DNA of 64,000 nt, taken from assembly GCA_964270895.1 (NCBI GenBank), contig OZ185449.1, one strand, 5' to 3'. Position numbers and translations under genes: made by a program. This document shows positions 1 to 14,118 of the stretch, in pieces. Positions within the stretch are counted from its first letter, which is position 1. Each line of letters starts with the position of its first letter. The stretch is from Podarcis filfolensis. Lineage: Eukaryota. Below the pieces are notes generated by a model. It was not told where the DNA came from, searched no databases, and was given only the letters and a program-made list of their open reading frames with translations.

Positions 1-2202
1 ATGAGTTGCAAGCAGGACCCAATTATAAGAGCACTCTCCCTTCCTGTGGTTTCTAGAAAATGGGATTCAGAAGCATTTCTGTCTAAGCCTTTATCTGTCA
101 CAGTTCTGAAAATTCACTCCCTCTATGGAGGGACCAATAAATTAGAACCCCAGAATGGGGTGATAGAATCAAGTTTGATTGGGTGGGCATTACCAAGGGC
201 AGAGCAGAGTTAGCCTCTCCTCTATAGGGTGCCTTATTGGACCCTTTAGTTTATCATATGTAAGGGAGTAGCTGCCATTCATTCCCTCAGTGAAGCACTG
301 AGCTTTGAAGACACTTGCGCCTTCCCCCCCCCATCCCCTCAGGATAGGAGGTTTAGCCCTCACTACCAGCTTTTTCTTCCAAGTCCTGCAGTATATCCCT
401 TTAATCCTCATCCCTGACTGTAGCCAAGTTTTAAATGCATTTGCCCATATCCTCCCTACCTATATTCTCCCACCCCACTCCTTCTTTCCCCATTGTCCCC
501 TTATAAGATGGGCAGGGACTGTATTTTTTTGCCTATGAAAGTTTGTAAGGTACCATATATGTAGGTGACACTGAATATAAGTAATAAGCACCCTCTCTTT
601 CCACATGCCCACCTGTCACAATAATGGCTGGATTTTTTTTTGCTGAAATTTTTATATCAATTAGCACAGGCTTTTAAAAGCAGCTCCTCTTGAACTGCAG
701 GATCAACCAAGTCCTGTGTGGGCTGCTCCATTGTATGTCCAGCATGCCTCATACTACTAGGCTCTAGAGGCTGAGAAAGCCTGGCAGGCTTGAATTATCT
801 CATTTAGCTCTCTTTTTTAGTGATATTTGATCTGTAAATGCAGAAAAGCCCTTTCCCTCCTCTTTTGATGTCATTTTGTACCAAGCTGTCAAAAGTGGAT
901 AAATTTTGAGTGCTTTGAGGTGTCACCAGTGCTGTATTGTTCTGTTTTCAACATTTGCCAAGCTCCACATTTCTTTGGTTTTGTCATATTGCAAGGAGGG
1001 CATCTCCTGATTTTTTTTTTTTTTAAATCCTTTGTCCGCTGGTGTTTGGGGCCAGTTTGAGTTTGGTGAGATACTTGCAGTTCCAATACTCATGTGACCT
1101 TTCTGATGTGGTGAGGAAGGCTCATGTCTTTGACTATTTTAAATCCAGAATCTGTACTTGCGTGTTTAAGGTGATAACTGGAGTGGAATATCAGAACTGG
1201 TACTTGGGAGCTTATCGGAATCCATGTGCCTAAATACCAGTGGCTGCTGACGTTCTATAGTTTCTTATGTCTGCATAGAATTTAAACTGTTGATTATAGT
1301 GAATCCAAAATAGTTCTGCTGGTTCATATCTTCTTGCATGAGCAGCTGTGATGCCCCTGCAAAACCAGCATTACAATGTGCAGTAAAATGTATAAATAAA
1401 TGCTTGAAGTTATTCATAGCTGCTTCAGTGGTTTTCTACTGGAAGTGGGACATAAATCTTAATAAATCTGTGCCAAGAGTTCAGTCCCAGTGGAATGTTA
1501 GCTTAGCTGTTGCAGAGTGACTTTCTTAAAGTGACCCCACATGTGGAAAACACATCAGAATGGCAGGTTCAAATTATTATTTTTTTTTACCAGGATGATA
1601 CTGCGAATGAGATCCTAGGTTCCTAATAGATGACAGCTCTAGGGCTTATCCCCAAGAGAAATACAATCTGTAATAATTTTTTGGTAACTTACTGTGAATC
1701 TGTGCCAAAGGTAGCCAAAGTGATACCTTCTAGATATTGTTGGACTACAACTCTTATCATCCTGGTCCATTGGCCAGTGCTTGTTTTGAGGCTGTACACA
1801 CCGGTACGCCATACCACCACCTATTTTTTCCTTGCCTGCTGCTGCCGCTTTTTTCATGGCAGCAGGCACAACCTCCTGGAAGTGCTTTGGCGCAGTCCTT
1901 TAATGATTGCCCATAGCATCTTCCAAGCAGGTGCTTGCCGATCGTAAAAAGGTTGCGGCAGACCCCAAGGTTTGACGTGACCCTTTTACAATTGTCAAGC
2001 GCCTTCCTGGAAGATGCTTTGGTGATCATAAAAGGGCCACACCGGGAGGCTGTGCCTGCTGCTGCGGAAAATGGTGGCCACAACAGGCAAGGGTGCAATT
2101 GGGAGAGGTGGGGGTGGGTGCGAGCAGGCAAACAGCAGTGGTATGGGATAGAAATAAAGCACTGCCATTGGATATGCTTGGTCTGCAACAAGATCTATAG
2201 GG

Positions 2203-2445
2203 CAGGGGTCAGCAAACTTTTTCAGCAGGGGGCCGATCCACTGTCCCTCACACCTTGTGGGGGGGCAGACTATATTTTGGAGGAAAAAAATGAACGAATT
2301 CCTATGCCCCAGAAATAACCCAGAGATGCATTTTAAATAAAAGGGGACATTCTACTCGTGTAAGAACACACTGATTCCGGACCATCTGCAGGCCTGATTT
2401 AGAAGGCGATTGGGCCGGATGTGCCCCCCGGGCCTTAGTTTGCCT
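2203..2445. mobile_element. hAT-type MITE (CAGGGGTCAGCAAACTTTTT family), right end truncated
   Basis: Near-identical to the 7521-7770 copy and the inverted 53542-53797 copy; preceded by ctataggg. Confidence 0.8.
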
Positions 2446-2452
2446 TAGTTGG

Positions 2453-2755
2453 CAGGGGTGGACAACTCCCAAGAGACTGCAGTCTACTCAGAGTTAAAAA
2501 CTGGCAGTGATCTAACCCCTTTTTGGGGGGGTTCAGGTCAAAGTTGTTTAGCTTTTTTTAGGAAGGAGGAAGACCCATTTTAGGGGGGTCTGGGTCAAAG
2601 TTGAGTTTTTTCAGTGCGGAGGTAAAAGGTTGAGCTTTTTTAAGGAGAGCCGCAGTTGTTCAGCTTCTTGGGGGGAGCCAATGATTCACCAGTGATCTAC
2701 CACAGACGTCCAGTGATCTACTGGTAGATCACGATCTACCTGTTGGACATGCCTG
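2453..2755. mobile_element. Second hAT-type MITE (gatctac-rich)
   Basis: Ends CAGGGGTGGACAAC ... GTTGGACATGCCTG; followed by ctataggg at 2756-2763. Confidence 0.7.
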
Positions 2756-5132
2756 CTATAGGGCATCATATTGGCCATCCTTTTTATGCCTTTGGGATCA
2801 TTTTAGAAAGTCATCTGTAGTGCTTAACATATTGTTAGAATGTAGTCTCTGATTCTTACGTTTGGGACATGCATCAGGCACCTTATCTTAAGTACAGATT
2901 TATTTGCACAGTGTAGTGGTTTTCAAACTGTTCTTCAGGAACATGGTGCGATTCTTTGAGCTTATTGAAGAGGAACCTCCCTGGAGGTTGAAGGCTTTGA
3001 ATGTATTGTCCTAGTGCGTCACATAATTGTGCTTGAAATGTTAGTCTCCCATACTCTAGTCAAGAAGACTTCAGTGAGGCAATTCTGAAGAAAACTAGTT
3101 GAGAATCACAAGTGGTAGAAATCCATTACACTGTCAGTTGCGAAGAGCAAAAGCTCTTTATGGATGCGGCCTAATGTATTTACGGCCTTCTGGATTGTGT
3201 GCATTAAAAAAACTAATCTTGGGTTGTCTTTTTGGTGCTGAGGTCGTCTGACAGTGCTATAGTGCAAGGTGGTGGTTGTTTTCGGCTTTTGAATGCAAAA
3301 TATGAACAATGCAAAAGCAAATTATTACAGATTTTCATGCAAAATTCCCAAATAGATATTTCCCCCTTTTTAGTTGAACTCCTTAACTGATACTGTGGTT
3401 GTACTATGTTCTTTTTTTTAAAAGAATCTGCCAACACATTTCATGCCACTCTCTGTTTAAAAACAAGTGTATAGTCAACTATTTTTCTAGCATAACACAA
3501 GTGCAGCATGTAAAACCATTTGTAATGTTTGTTTTGGAAACCTGATGACAGAAGGAACTGCCATGGACTGCCATATCTGGACTGTAGCGATTATTCTTAC
3601 TTAGTGAGAGGATTTTCCAGAGCAGACTGTTCTCTCAATATCTACTTAGGCAACAGTGAAAGTGAGACCAAAGCACACAGTCATCTTGACAGTATTTTTT
3701 TTTTTTTTTAATTCCCCTTGGGCTTCCCATTTCACTGAATTCAAGTATCACTTTTATTCACGCAGCCAACTTTTAAACACTTCCAAAGCAACACAGGATT
3801 GGTGTCTTGTGGTTCTGGACTCTAATGGGCAGACGTACAGGTGAACATGGGAGATGGGGATTTTTTTTTAAAAGCTGGGGAGTGGGAGAACGCTTAGCTT
3901 ATGGAGCCAGGGCTCAGTTTTTTTGTCTTTCAAAAGCTGAGGCCCCAACAGAAGTGGTCTTACAGTGAGGCAAGGCAGATGGTGAGTTTTGAGCACTTTG
4001 AAGGGTTCTGGAGTGAAAGACTCCAACCTCATCTGGGGTAGAAAAATAAATCCTTGCTCCCATAAGTTTCAGCGGGGCTTGAACAGGAAGACAGTATCCT
4101 TTGAAATGAGTAGTGGCACAGTAGAGCTTTAGCACAGTTCCCACACCATTTCAGTGGAGAACCTGCTGTGGTCTTCCCAGTATATTATCCTGTATATTAA
4201 TTGGTGGAGTGGGGCTAGGCAGATTTTGGATTTTCAGCTTCAAGCAGCCAGACATTTTGAGCTAGCTGGGGCCCCCAGGATCACACATGTTTGTACCCAC
4301 TGTTAGTCCTACTCTCTACCTACCCATTGAAAAAAAATGGACATTTGACTATCTTAGACAGATTAATTTTAGAGGGTCATCTCTTAGTACAACTTAGTTG
4401 GATAGAAAATCTGATGCGGTAAAACATGTGGTAAAAATGTGGTAAAACATTTGACCTCCTGGTCAGCTTTAAATGTTTTATGTGGCTGGTTGATTTGTTG
4501 GACATTTTTTGGGGGTGGGGTGGGTCTTGGTTGAGACAGTGGAGAGTGCACAGTGTCTTACTTTTCTTAAAGGCTAATGCTTCCATGAGGATAATGTAAT
4601 TACCTGAAAGCCAGCAAGCCATGGCAGCATTGAGCCCATTTTTCTTCTTTCTGCTCTCCCTTGAAGAAAACGCTGAACTGCCTAATTCATGTACAATTAT
4701 TTTTGAGGTGTGTTCAGTTTTGCAGCTGGGTTCCCTGATGCAATTATACTTGCAGAAACTGCTGCTTCATTCCATATCTTTCACACCCAACTTGATACTT
4801 GGGCTGCTTCAGAATTACATTTTTATTCTCTTCACTTTTTAATTTCTGGAGAAGCCAGGTATTGAATCATTATGTTGCTGTTGCTGCCTAGATTTGATAA
4901 ACTGAACCTGACAGGTTCCCTAGCTTCTTAGTTAAAGGGGTGAGAGGGTGCTTGAGGTTGGCATATCCCAGCTAATTCTGCCAAATCATGCTAGCCACTG
5001 TGTGGCTCCAGGTTCATTCAATCAGTGTACCATGGATTGACTGAACACAGTGTAACACTTCCTTGTTCATGGATCTCATTCTGTTTCTCCTTCACAGCAA
5101 GTCACCCAACGTCTTGCTGCCCTCTTTCAAAG

Positions 5133-5317
5133 ATGGTGAAGCTGGACATTCACACGTTGGCCCATCACCTCAAGCAGGAACGGCTCTATGTGAACTCCGA
5201 AAAGCAGCTGATTCAGAGATTGAATGCTGAGGTGCTGAAGACTGCTGAAAAGCTGTATCGCACGGCATGGATTTCGAAGCAGCAGAGGATTAACTTGGAC
5301 CGGCTAATCATAACAAG
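5133..5317 (+). CDS. GAPVD1: GAPVD1 coding exon 1 (exon begins at 5098 with 35 nt of 5' UTR)
   Basis: Acceptor ttcacAG at 5096-5097; aagATGG start context; MVKLDIHTL...DRLIIT; donor AAG|GTAACT. Confidence 0.96.
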
Positions 5318-5610
5318 GTAACTGCTGGTACATACAGAAATAGAAATGCTAATATCTGAAATTGGACAGTGCTTTGTGCACTGAAACACTGCAGAAATCA
5401 CACATTGCAAATGTAAGCTTTCAAGTTGCACAAAACTTTTGAGCAAGCCTAAAGAAAACATAGCTTTGAGCTGAGTCAAAGGGATGTAATTGGGCGTGTA
5501 TTTTATAGCCTTCTTGCAACCACTGAGAAGACTTACCTGTGTCTTGAGTTGGTGGCCGTCTCTTCATAGATGGGACTTTGAGATCTTAATATTTAGGAGA
5601 TTCTCTCTAA

Positions 5611-5643
<33 letters not shown>

Positions 5644-8600
5644 GGTGGGTGGATATACTCAGCAAAATTAGGATGTTTCTCTTTCCATTGATTTTTTTGT
5701 GACTTTGAGAAGTTAAGATTTTGGGTGATCTAAATGGTTTCTATATATATTTATATTTTCCTAGCGCGGAAGCTTCACCGGCTGAATGCTGCCAGCATGC
5801 CAAGGTCTTGGAGGATACACTGTTTGTGGATGGGTACAAGCAGTTGGGCTTTCAGGAGACAGCCTATGGAGAATTCCTTAACAGGCTGCGCGAAAACCCT
5901 CGCCTTATTGCATCGTGCCTGGTTGCTGGAGAGAAGCTCAACCAGGAGAACACACAGAGCGTCATTCACACCGTCTTCACCTCCATCTATGGCAACTGCA
6001 TTATGCCAGAAGACGAAAGCTACCTCCTCCAAGTCTTGCGCTACTTGATTGAATTTGAACTCAAGGAAAGTGATAATCCCAGACGGCTCCTAAGGAGAGG
6101 CACCTGCGCATTCAGCATTCTGTTCAAACTCTTTTCTGAGGGGCTCTTTTCAGCCAAGCTCTTCCTCACTGCCACTTTGCACGAGCCCATTATGCAGCTG
6201 TTGGTTGAAGATGAAGACCACCTGGAAACCGACCCCAGCAAATTAATTGACCGCTTCTCACCCACCCAGCAGGAGAAGCTCTTTGGGGAAAAGGGCACAG
6301 AAAAGTTCAGGCAGAAAGTTCAGGAGATGGTAGAATCCAACGAGGCCAAGCTGGTGGCCCTGGTGAATAAGTTCATTGGCTACCTCAAGCAGAACACCTA
6401 CTGCTTCCCACACAGCTTACGGTGGATTGTATCCCAGATGTACAAAACGCTCTCGTGTGTGGACAGGCTTGATGTCGGAGAAGTGAGAGCCATGTGCACG
6501 GACCTTCTCTTGACTTGCTTCATTTGTCCTGCCGTGGTCAACCCAGAGCAGTATGGGATTATTTCTGATGCCCCAATCAATGAAGTGGCAAGGTTCAACC
6601 TAATGCAGGTATAAGCAGGTCTTCAAAAATATATATTCTCTCCCTCTCATAGTGTTGCTGTATTAGTCTGTAGTACCAAGAAGAAAATAGAGAAAGGTGT
6701 TGTGTCTAAGAAACAAAGTGTACTTTAAGGTTTTTTTTGGGGGGGCAGGTTAGGCATTCTTGATCCTCTTTAGCTCAGAAAGCAGACTTGTGGATGAATG
6801 TTGTCAAGAGGAATAGTGCAGTAAAAATGCCAGGGTAATTCAGAAACTTTGGCCCCCCCCCAAAACCCCTGTACCAACCTGGTGCTTTTGCAGGTTTTTT
6901 GGACTATACCTTCCCTCAGCCCAGTTGTGCTGATATAAATTGTAATTTAGAACACCTGTAGGGCACAGGGTTGGGGAAAGCTGCCCTGCATACCTTTTTA
7001 ATCCATCTTTTTCCATTCTTGGTGCTGTGTCCCCCTTTTCTGCCTGCTAGTGGTGAGACCAGTTGTTTGCAGGCAGCCTCTTCAGCCTTCCTGTTAGCTG
7101 GTGGTTCATAGTTTTCTCTGGCCAAATGTTATTTTGTGAGCTGTTAGCTGTTCTGGACTTTGTCTAGAGGAAAAGCTATGTCAGATGACTAGGAGCCAGA
7201 GAAGCAAATGCTACACAAACTTGAGGAAATAACTTTATTTTGCAGTGTAATTCCTTATTTAACAATCACATTCACATACAACATAAATACAACAATATAA
7301 TACAGAAATAAAACATAAGGCCAAAATCTTGCAATATTTCCAATAAAGTAAAAAGTTTCTTGTGCAGTACTTTACTGTACAAGCAGATGGGTTTCTAACT
7401 TTTCATACGAATGGCAAGGCTGGAGGGGAACTCCCACTGCTTAAAGCCACGCCAGAAGTGTGAAGAATGGCTGTCCTCATTTGCTGCAAGAATGAATGCT
7501 TACAAACCCTTACCCTAGGCCAGGGGTCAGCAAACTTTTTCAGCAGGGGCCGGTCCACTGTCCCTCAGACCTTGTAGGGGGCCGGACTATATTTTAGAAA
7601 AAAAATACGAACGAATTCCTATGCCCCCACAGATAACCCAGAGATGCATTTTAAATAAAAAGACACATTCTACTCGTGTAAAAACCCGCTGATTCCCAGA
7701 CCTTCCGCAGGCTGGATTTAGAAGGTGATTGGGCTGGATCCGGCCCTCGGTCTTAGTTTGCCTCCGCATGCCCTAGGCTGTTTTCAGATTCCTACAGTTA
7801 GGTTGTTATTCATCAACCCTATATAGACTAGGACAAAAGTAAAATAAAATTTCTAGCTGCCATTATAATTTTTTTTAGGGGCCCAGGTACTTGAAGTGGC
7901 CTTTCCAGCCCTGCTTATATTGCAGATATCTCAACTGTCATAGTGTGCATCTTTCTTCTTTGCTTAAAAGAACTGGGACAGCATCCAAGTTGCTTTATTT
8001 TATTTACAGTTGTGCTACCAGAGTATTTTTCATTTGTTGAGATAAGGTGATGTTGACTGTTATTTCTCCCAGTGCTACCTACCCCTGAGCAATTGAGCTC
8101 AAATAACCACTTTATTGTAAAAAGTTTGAATTTTTAAGAGGGATGTGGTTTTACAGTGTCCATTACAAGGAAAGTGTGTGTATACAGTAGAAGTGATAGG
8201 TCTGTGTTTAAAAGACAATATACTTTACAAGGAGGATACTTTTAAATACACAACTGAGGACTGAAAAGCATTTGTTGTTTTGATGTTATTGTAAGCTAGG
8301 AGAGAACAACTTCATCGTACCCTTTGGGCAAAATCAAGAGATCCACCAATAGCCCTGCTACTTGGACTACCCTTTGCTACCTTCAGCGAAATTTACATTT
8401 TCTGGGTTGTTCCTTGCCTTCCAAGGACAGTTAGTGTGCCAGTCTAATTTGTGCCATGCTGACCAGCTATAAAATGCTGGTGTTCATACAGCACCATCAA
8501 TGTAGACAACACTTTGTGGAGAGTTCCTTGGACAGCATAGATCTCTGCTCCCAAGGAACAAGGTGGAAATGAGAGACAGAGCGGAGCTGTGAAGGGGAAA

Positions 8601-11600
8601 GTTACAAGTGCCTAAAGCTTTGTTACAGTTCTGAATGATCTTAAGAGGGAGAGGTGGTGTATGTTATACGTTTAGAGTGGTAGTTCTAGGCATGTGAAGA
8701 CTGGGCACAATTGAAAGACACATAGACATTTCTCCTTTAGCTGGCAACTAGGTTAGTGATCTATTTGCTTATTTGTTTTGTGACCCTGGCCCTATTTGAG
8801 ATAGTTTCTGGAGGTAAGAACTTTTTTGTTTTGTTATACCTAGCACACAACACCTTGTGCTGTTTAAGAAACTTCATGGATATTCAGGGTAGTCCTAGTT
8901 CTACAGAGCACACATCACACAACATACAAGCGTGTGTTACTTTTGCATTACCCATCCTGCTTTTGTGGGGGAGGGAATTAGCATGGGTGTTGCAGTGTAG
9001 AATGCATGAAGGCGTAAGATCAGATTTTGGTGGTCAGGTGTTGTCTAGTATTCAGAGAAGAGCAGGAATGGAAGAAGGAGGGACTTGTGTACAGAGCGAT
9101 GCCAACCTGCTGTAGCTGGCCCACTAGTTTCTAAGCATTCACTAGATAAACAGTCTGATCCCTGCAGCTGTCAGAGGCCTGTCCTTTATTTTTGGTATAG
9201 CTGGATGCCCACTGGTATAACTGTGTGTGTGTGTTTTCTTCTCTCCCCACCAAGAATTTCTTGCTTCTTTACTCATGAAAAGGGCTGCAGTTGAAAAATG
9301 AATTGTGGTACAATCTTTACACCTGCTTCAATTACAGCCTTCTGCTTTGTACTGTAGAATTCAATGCCTCCTGTAGGCACACAAATGGACACTTTTTGAT
9401 ATTGACCTGTTATCTTCCTGCTCCTGCAAGGTCCTTGTCATACTAGGTTTCCTGTCTGTGAATGCCCTCTGCAGGAGAAGCTGACACCCTGCAGTTCAGC
9501 AAGTTCAGCAAGACACAAAAGACAAACTGGGATTTTGTGTGTTTATATGTTTATGGGTTCAGTGCAGGTTGATGGATAGATGCTTGGTTGGTTTTGATGG
9601 ATTTTTGGTTCATCCCAACTCTAGATGATAAAAGCTGAGATTTTCATGGATGCCATATTTATTGCCAGATGATTATTCCATGTTTATGTGAAAACCATCT
9701 TTTGGCACCTGTTAAGTATGGATGGAAATAGAATGAGCAAGTTTAATTCAGGCTGGGAACTGTGGCTTAGCAGATAAATTAGTTTGCAAACATTCCAGGT
9801 TCCCACAACTGTTCTTGCCACTGAGGACTCAGCTGTACAGCTGCAAATAAAACATTTTAAGTGGAATATACAGTGTGACACCAGATGGTGATGGTGAGCT
9901 TTATGGGAAATTCAATGTATTTTTAAAAACGCTTTTTAAAAAAGCATTTTCAGAACAGTTTTTATATGTGTGTAGGTTCCACCTGAGATGAAGCAAAGCT
10001 ACAAAGCTACAAAGTTTTTGTAAGGGAAATTGAAGTTCTGTATAGGCATTTTGCTGTGGAACTTTTCCATGTAATTGTTTTTAATTTTTGGAAAGAAAAT
10101 TGTTGTTGTAATGTCTCAGACTTTGTGCAAGCTGAGTATGAATAGTTATTTTTCATCCAGTTTCAACTTAGAGGGTGGAGGCGGCTTTCTTTCTTTGTGG
10201 TAGTATTGCAATCCTGTCTTTAACTTGTTTCTCATTGTTAGGTTGGGAGACTTTTGCAGCAGCTGGCCATGACCAGTTCTGAAGAAGGAGACCCCCGCAC
10301 AAAGAGTTACCTGGGTAAATTCGACAAAGTAAGAGCCAAAGCTATTGAACTTGTATCTCTGTGCATGCCAGTGTTTTTCTCATTCTGTATAATTTTTGAA
10401 AAGGCACCTGCAAATAGACTTTTGTTATGACTGTGAAGAGATTCAAGTGAGCAAATTGCAACCTTAAGAGGAAGTAGCAAATGGCACTTCCCCTTAATAG
10501 AATCTGTAGTGTGCAAAAGCCGCTATTAAATGTAAATGAGTTTCAAGGAACCTGTATGAAGAAGTGTGCTTTGGCATATATTGGTGGCTTTTTTTCTTAA
10601 CTATTAAAAATGTAGACCTGCTTCTATTCTTGCTGCATGTTTAAAATAATAATATAACAATTTTCAATTTCTTACCTGCCTTTCACCATAAGTGAAGAAG
10701 CAGTGTAGTGTAGGGATCAAGAGTGTTGGACTAGGACCTGGGAAACCTGGGTTTAAATTCCCACAGAGCCATGTAGCTGATTGGGTGTGATCTTGGGCCA
10801 GTCACTACCTCTCAGCCCAACCTACATCTCTGGCTTGCTTTGGGGATTAAATGTGGAGATGTAGAACTATGTATGCCACCTTAAGTTCCTTGGAGAAAAA
10901 GGTGGGATATAAATGAAATAAATATAACAATAAAATAAAATAAACAAAGGTCCCAGTGTGGGTTACAGCAATTTAAAATACAATACTAAAATCAGTTTAA
11001 AACAAATACAAACAAAAGGTCCTAAATTCTTTCTGTATCTGTGTGTGTATCTCTATATCGTCTACCCACTTTGTAGGGATGTACAGGTCTCTTGTTGAAG
11101 TGCTTGTATTGAAACAGCTCACTTGTCCGTCCCCCCCCTCCAATTTTTTCCTTGCAGGGTTGTGTGGCTGCCTTCTTGGACGTTGTCATTGGCGGACGGG
11201 CAGTAGAGACTCCACCCATGTCCTCGGTGAACCTTTTGGAAGGGCTGAGTAGAACTGTGGTTTACATGACCCATAGCCAGCTCACTGGCCTGGTAAATAT
11301 CCAACTCCTTTTGGGCTGCAGGAGGAGACAAGTCAAAGTGTCTGTGCTGGGGGTCTGCTTTGCTGCCTTCTTTTAACATCGCACACTTTTTTTAGGTCAG
11401 CTTTATGCGGAACGTCATGTCAGGCGACCAGCTGAAGGAGGACCGCATGGCTCTGGAAAACCTGCTGTTAAACTTGCCCCAGAACAAGCCAGGGAAAAGC
11501 AGCAGCCTGGAGATGACCCCATACAACACCCCACAGCTTTCCCCTGCCACCACACCAGCAAACAAGAAAAACCGGCTGCCTATAGGTGAGGAAGGTCAAG

Positions 11601-14072
11601 GGTCAGGCTTTTGCATGATATCTTTTCCCAGCTCTGTTTTCGGATGCTTTCCTCTGCCTCTTTTGCTTTAGGACAGTGGAGTCCCCTTGACTAGTGTCAG
11701 TCACTTGGGTTTTAAGGTACAGTGGTACCTCGGGTTACAAACTTAATTTGTTCCGGAGGTCTGTTCTTAACCTGAAACTGTTCTTAACTTGAGGCGCACT
11801 TTCACTAATGGGGCCTCCCGCTGCTGCTGCGCCGCGATTTCTGTTCTCATCCTGGGGCAAGTTCTCAATCCAGGGTACTACTTCCGGGTTAGTGGAGTTT
11901 GTAACCCAAAATGTTTGTAAACTGAAGCGTTTGTAACATGAGGTACCACTGTATACACCAACCTTTTCTAACCCAGAGCCCTCCTGATGTGTTGAACTAT
12001 AACACCCTTCTTCCCTGACCAATAGGATTTATTTCTTAAAGTTTTTTTAAAAATTCATTTATCCAATCCTTTCTTAGTGTATCCAATCAAAATAGCTTTA
12101 TTGTACTTGCCATTGGCCATGACAAATCTGAATCAGAAATAAATACAAGCAAAAGGGATGCTGCGCCACAAATAAATCTCTATTTAATTGATCTCTATTT
12201 AGATCTCTTCATTTCATATGTAAAATACCCATTTTCAAATCTAGTAGGGATACAGACTGGGGTAAAGATCCACTTAAAATACTTGTTGAAAAAGGGAGGC
12301 CTTCAATAAATGCCAACAAGACAAACAGGGTGATACCTTTCTTTAGTGTAGGAGAATTGCACTGTCGGGGGCTGATGGGAATTGTAGTCTAAAACATCTG
12401 GGGGAAAGCAGGTTGTGGAAGGCTTGTATATGTACCTGTTTCGTTCCAAAGCCTAAGCAGCAAATGCACATTATCCCAACTCTCTATTCCTGTTGATTTG
12501 CTTACTTAAAAATGCCTCTCTTCAGTTCATTGATGGCACAGCCTGTCATAGTAACTGACTCATTTTTAAATAGGAAATTAAGCATTTTTTTGTGGTGGGC
12601 TGCTATTCTTCCTGCTATATGTTCAGGGCTGTGTACATTGTGCAGTTGACAGGAGGGTAGGGGTAAAGTTCAGAAATGCTTACTTGCACAACTTTTACAT
12701 GATTTATTCCATTGCTGTAAGTTGTTTGAGTTACTTTTGTACAAAAAGCAACTTATAACTTTAAATAACAATAGTCAAGGAGAAGGGCAAATAACTAAAA
12801 GGGGAACTGGACTCAGCTTGTTATGTCTGCTAGACATTTAGCATCTCTTCTGGCTTCTGAGATCTCTACAGACATGTTTGCAAGTATGTCTTCACAATCA
12901 GGAAGCGTAGTAACTTTCCCTAAAAATATCTCTGTATATACTCAATACGACGATTTCTGCTCCCAGTATTGCATTCTTTGGATTTTCTGCATCCATGCCA
13001 AATTGCGGTTGACACACAGCCTTACACAAAGCTGCACTTGAATTGTTGTAAAGCCAGAACCTCACAGTCTCAAATAATTATTGACTCCTCCACCTCACTC
13101 CAAATGAGGCATTTGTATTATGTGCTTATTTTACAACTGAACCATGTTTTATCTCCTCCCAATGGCTTGACCTGTGTTTCTTTTTTAACGCTGTCCACTC
13201 AAGGACAACAGTTGGCAGCCATCACTGCCTGGGATACGTCTGCCACCAACCTGACAGCTCACATAAACCTTGTAACCCCATTTGGTGGGTAACTGAATCC
13301 TTCCTCTTTCTCAGTGTTTCTGCAAAGCCATGCTGTTGCCTTGCACGTCTGTGTCCACACCAGCTGCTTTTTTAAAAGAAAGGCATCTTCCTTTTGTTCT
13401 GTTCAGAAGCTTGCTTTCTGTTTTTAAAGCTTTTTATATCTAGAAAGTGTTGGAAAGTCTTTGTGCATGAATGAAACTCTGACTTAGGATCTTGACTTTT
13501 AAGATTTGTGCAAGGGGGCGGTGGAAAGGAGTCCGCTGGTTCTGAATATTGGGTCAGAATCCTGCATGGACCTTTTGTGGTGGTAATTATATTATATGCT
13601 TTGATAGTCTACATGTGAAGAGATGTAAAAATAATGTGTCAAAAGTGTTTGTGCAGTGTTCAAATAGTTTGCTAGAGAATAGGCACCCTGTTCTTCTCGC
13701 TGAATTAGGCATCCACCTCTGATAATGGAGACATGCTTTCCCTCTGAGAACATGGCTTAATTTCTAGGCATTTAGGTCCCCCAGTGGCAGCTGATCAAGT
13801 GAAGCTGCCTCAAACATCACAATTGTGTGTATATTGAAGAAATCCACCATACCTTAAACCTTTGATCACAACCCAAAGAAGAGTTCAAACACTCCCTGGG
13901 CTGTTGAATTCTTGTGGTCTATCATCCTCATAATTTTCCAAGACCAACATTCCTGGGGACAACCTTCTTGCATGTAAACTTCATTTATGCCTAGCTGGTT
14001 TTGAATCATCATGTGCATTTTTTCCTTTTAAGTCTTTCTAAATAACAGCAACCTATTCTCTAGATGCCTTTC

Positions 14073-14118
<46 letters not shown>

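Noticed and set aside
1080-1170. Additional 5' UTR exon (cttgcAG...taag|GTGATA)
   Set aside because: Splice-like motifs exist but are weak, with no independent support.
3542-3610. C/D box snoRNA (TGATGA at 3543) or hammerhead ribozyme
   Set aside because: No properly placed CTGA D box or terminal stem, and GAAAC lies immediately 5' of CTGATGA with no room for the hammerhead stems.
1-5000. GAPVD1 promoter / CpG island
   Set aside because: CpG-poor, repeat-containing intron-like sequence; the TSS is probably upstream of the window.
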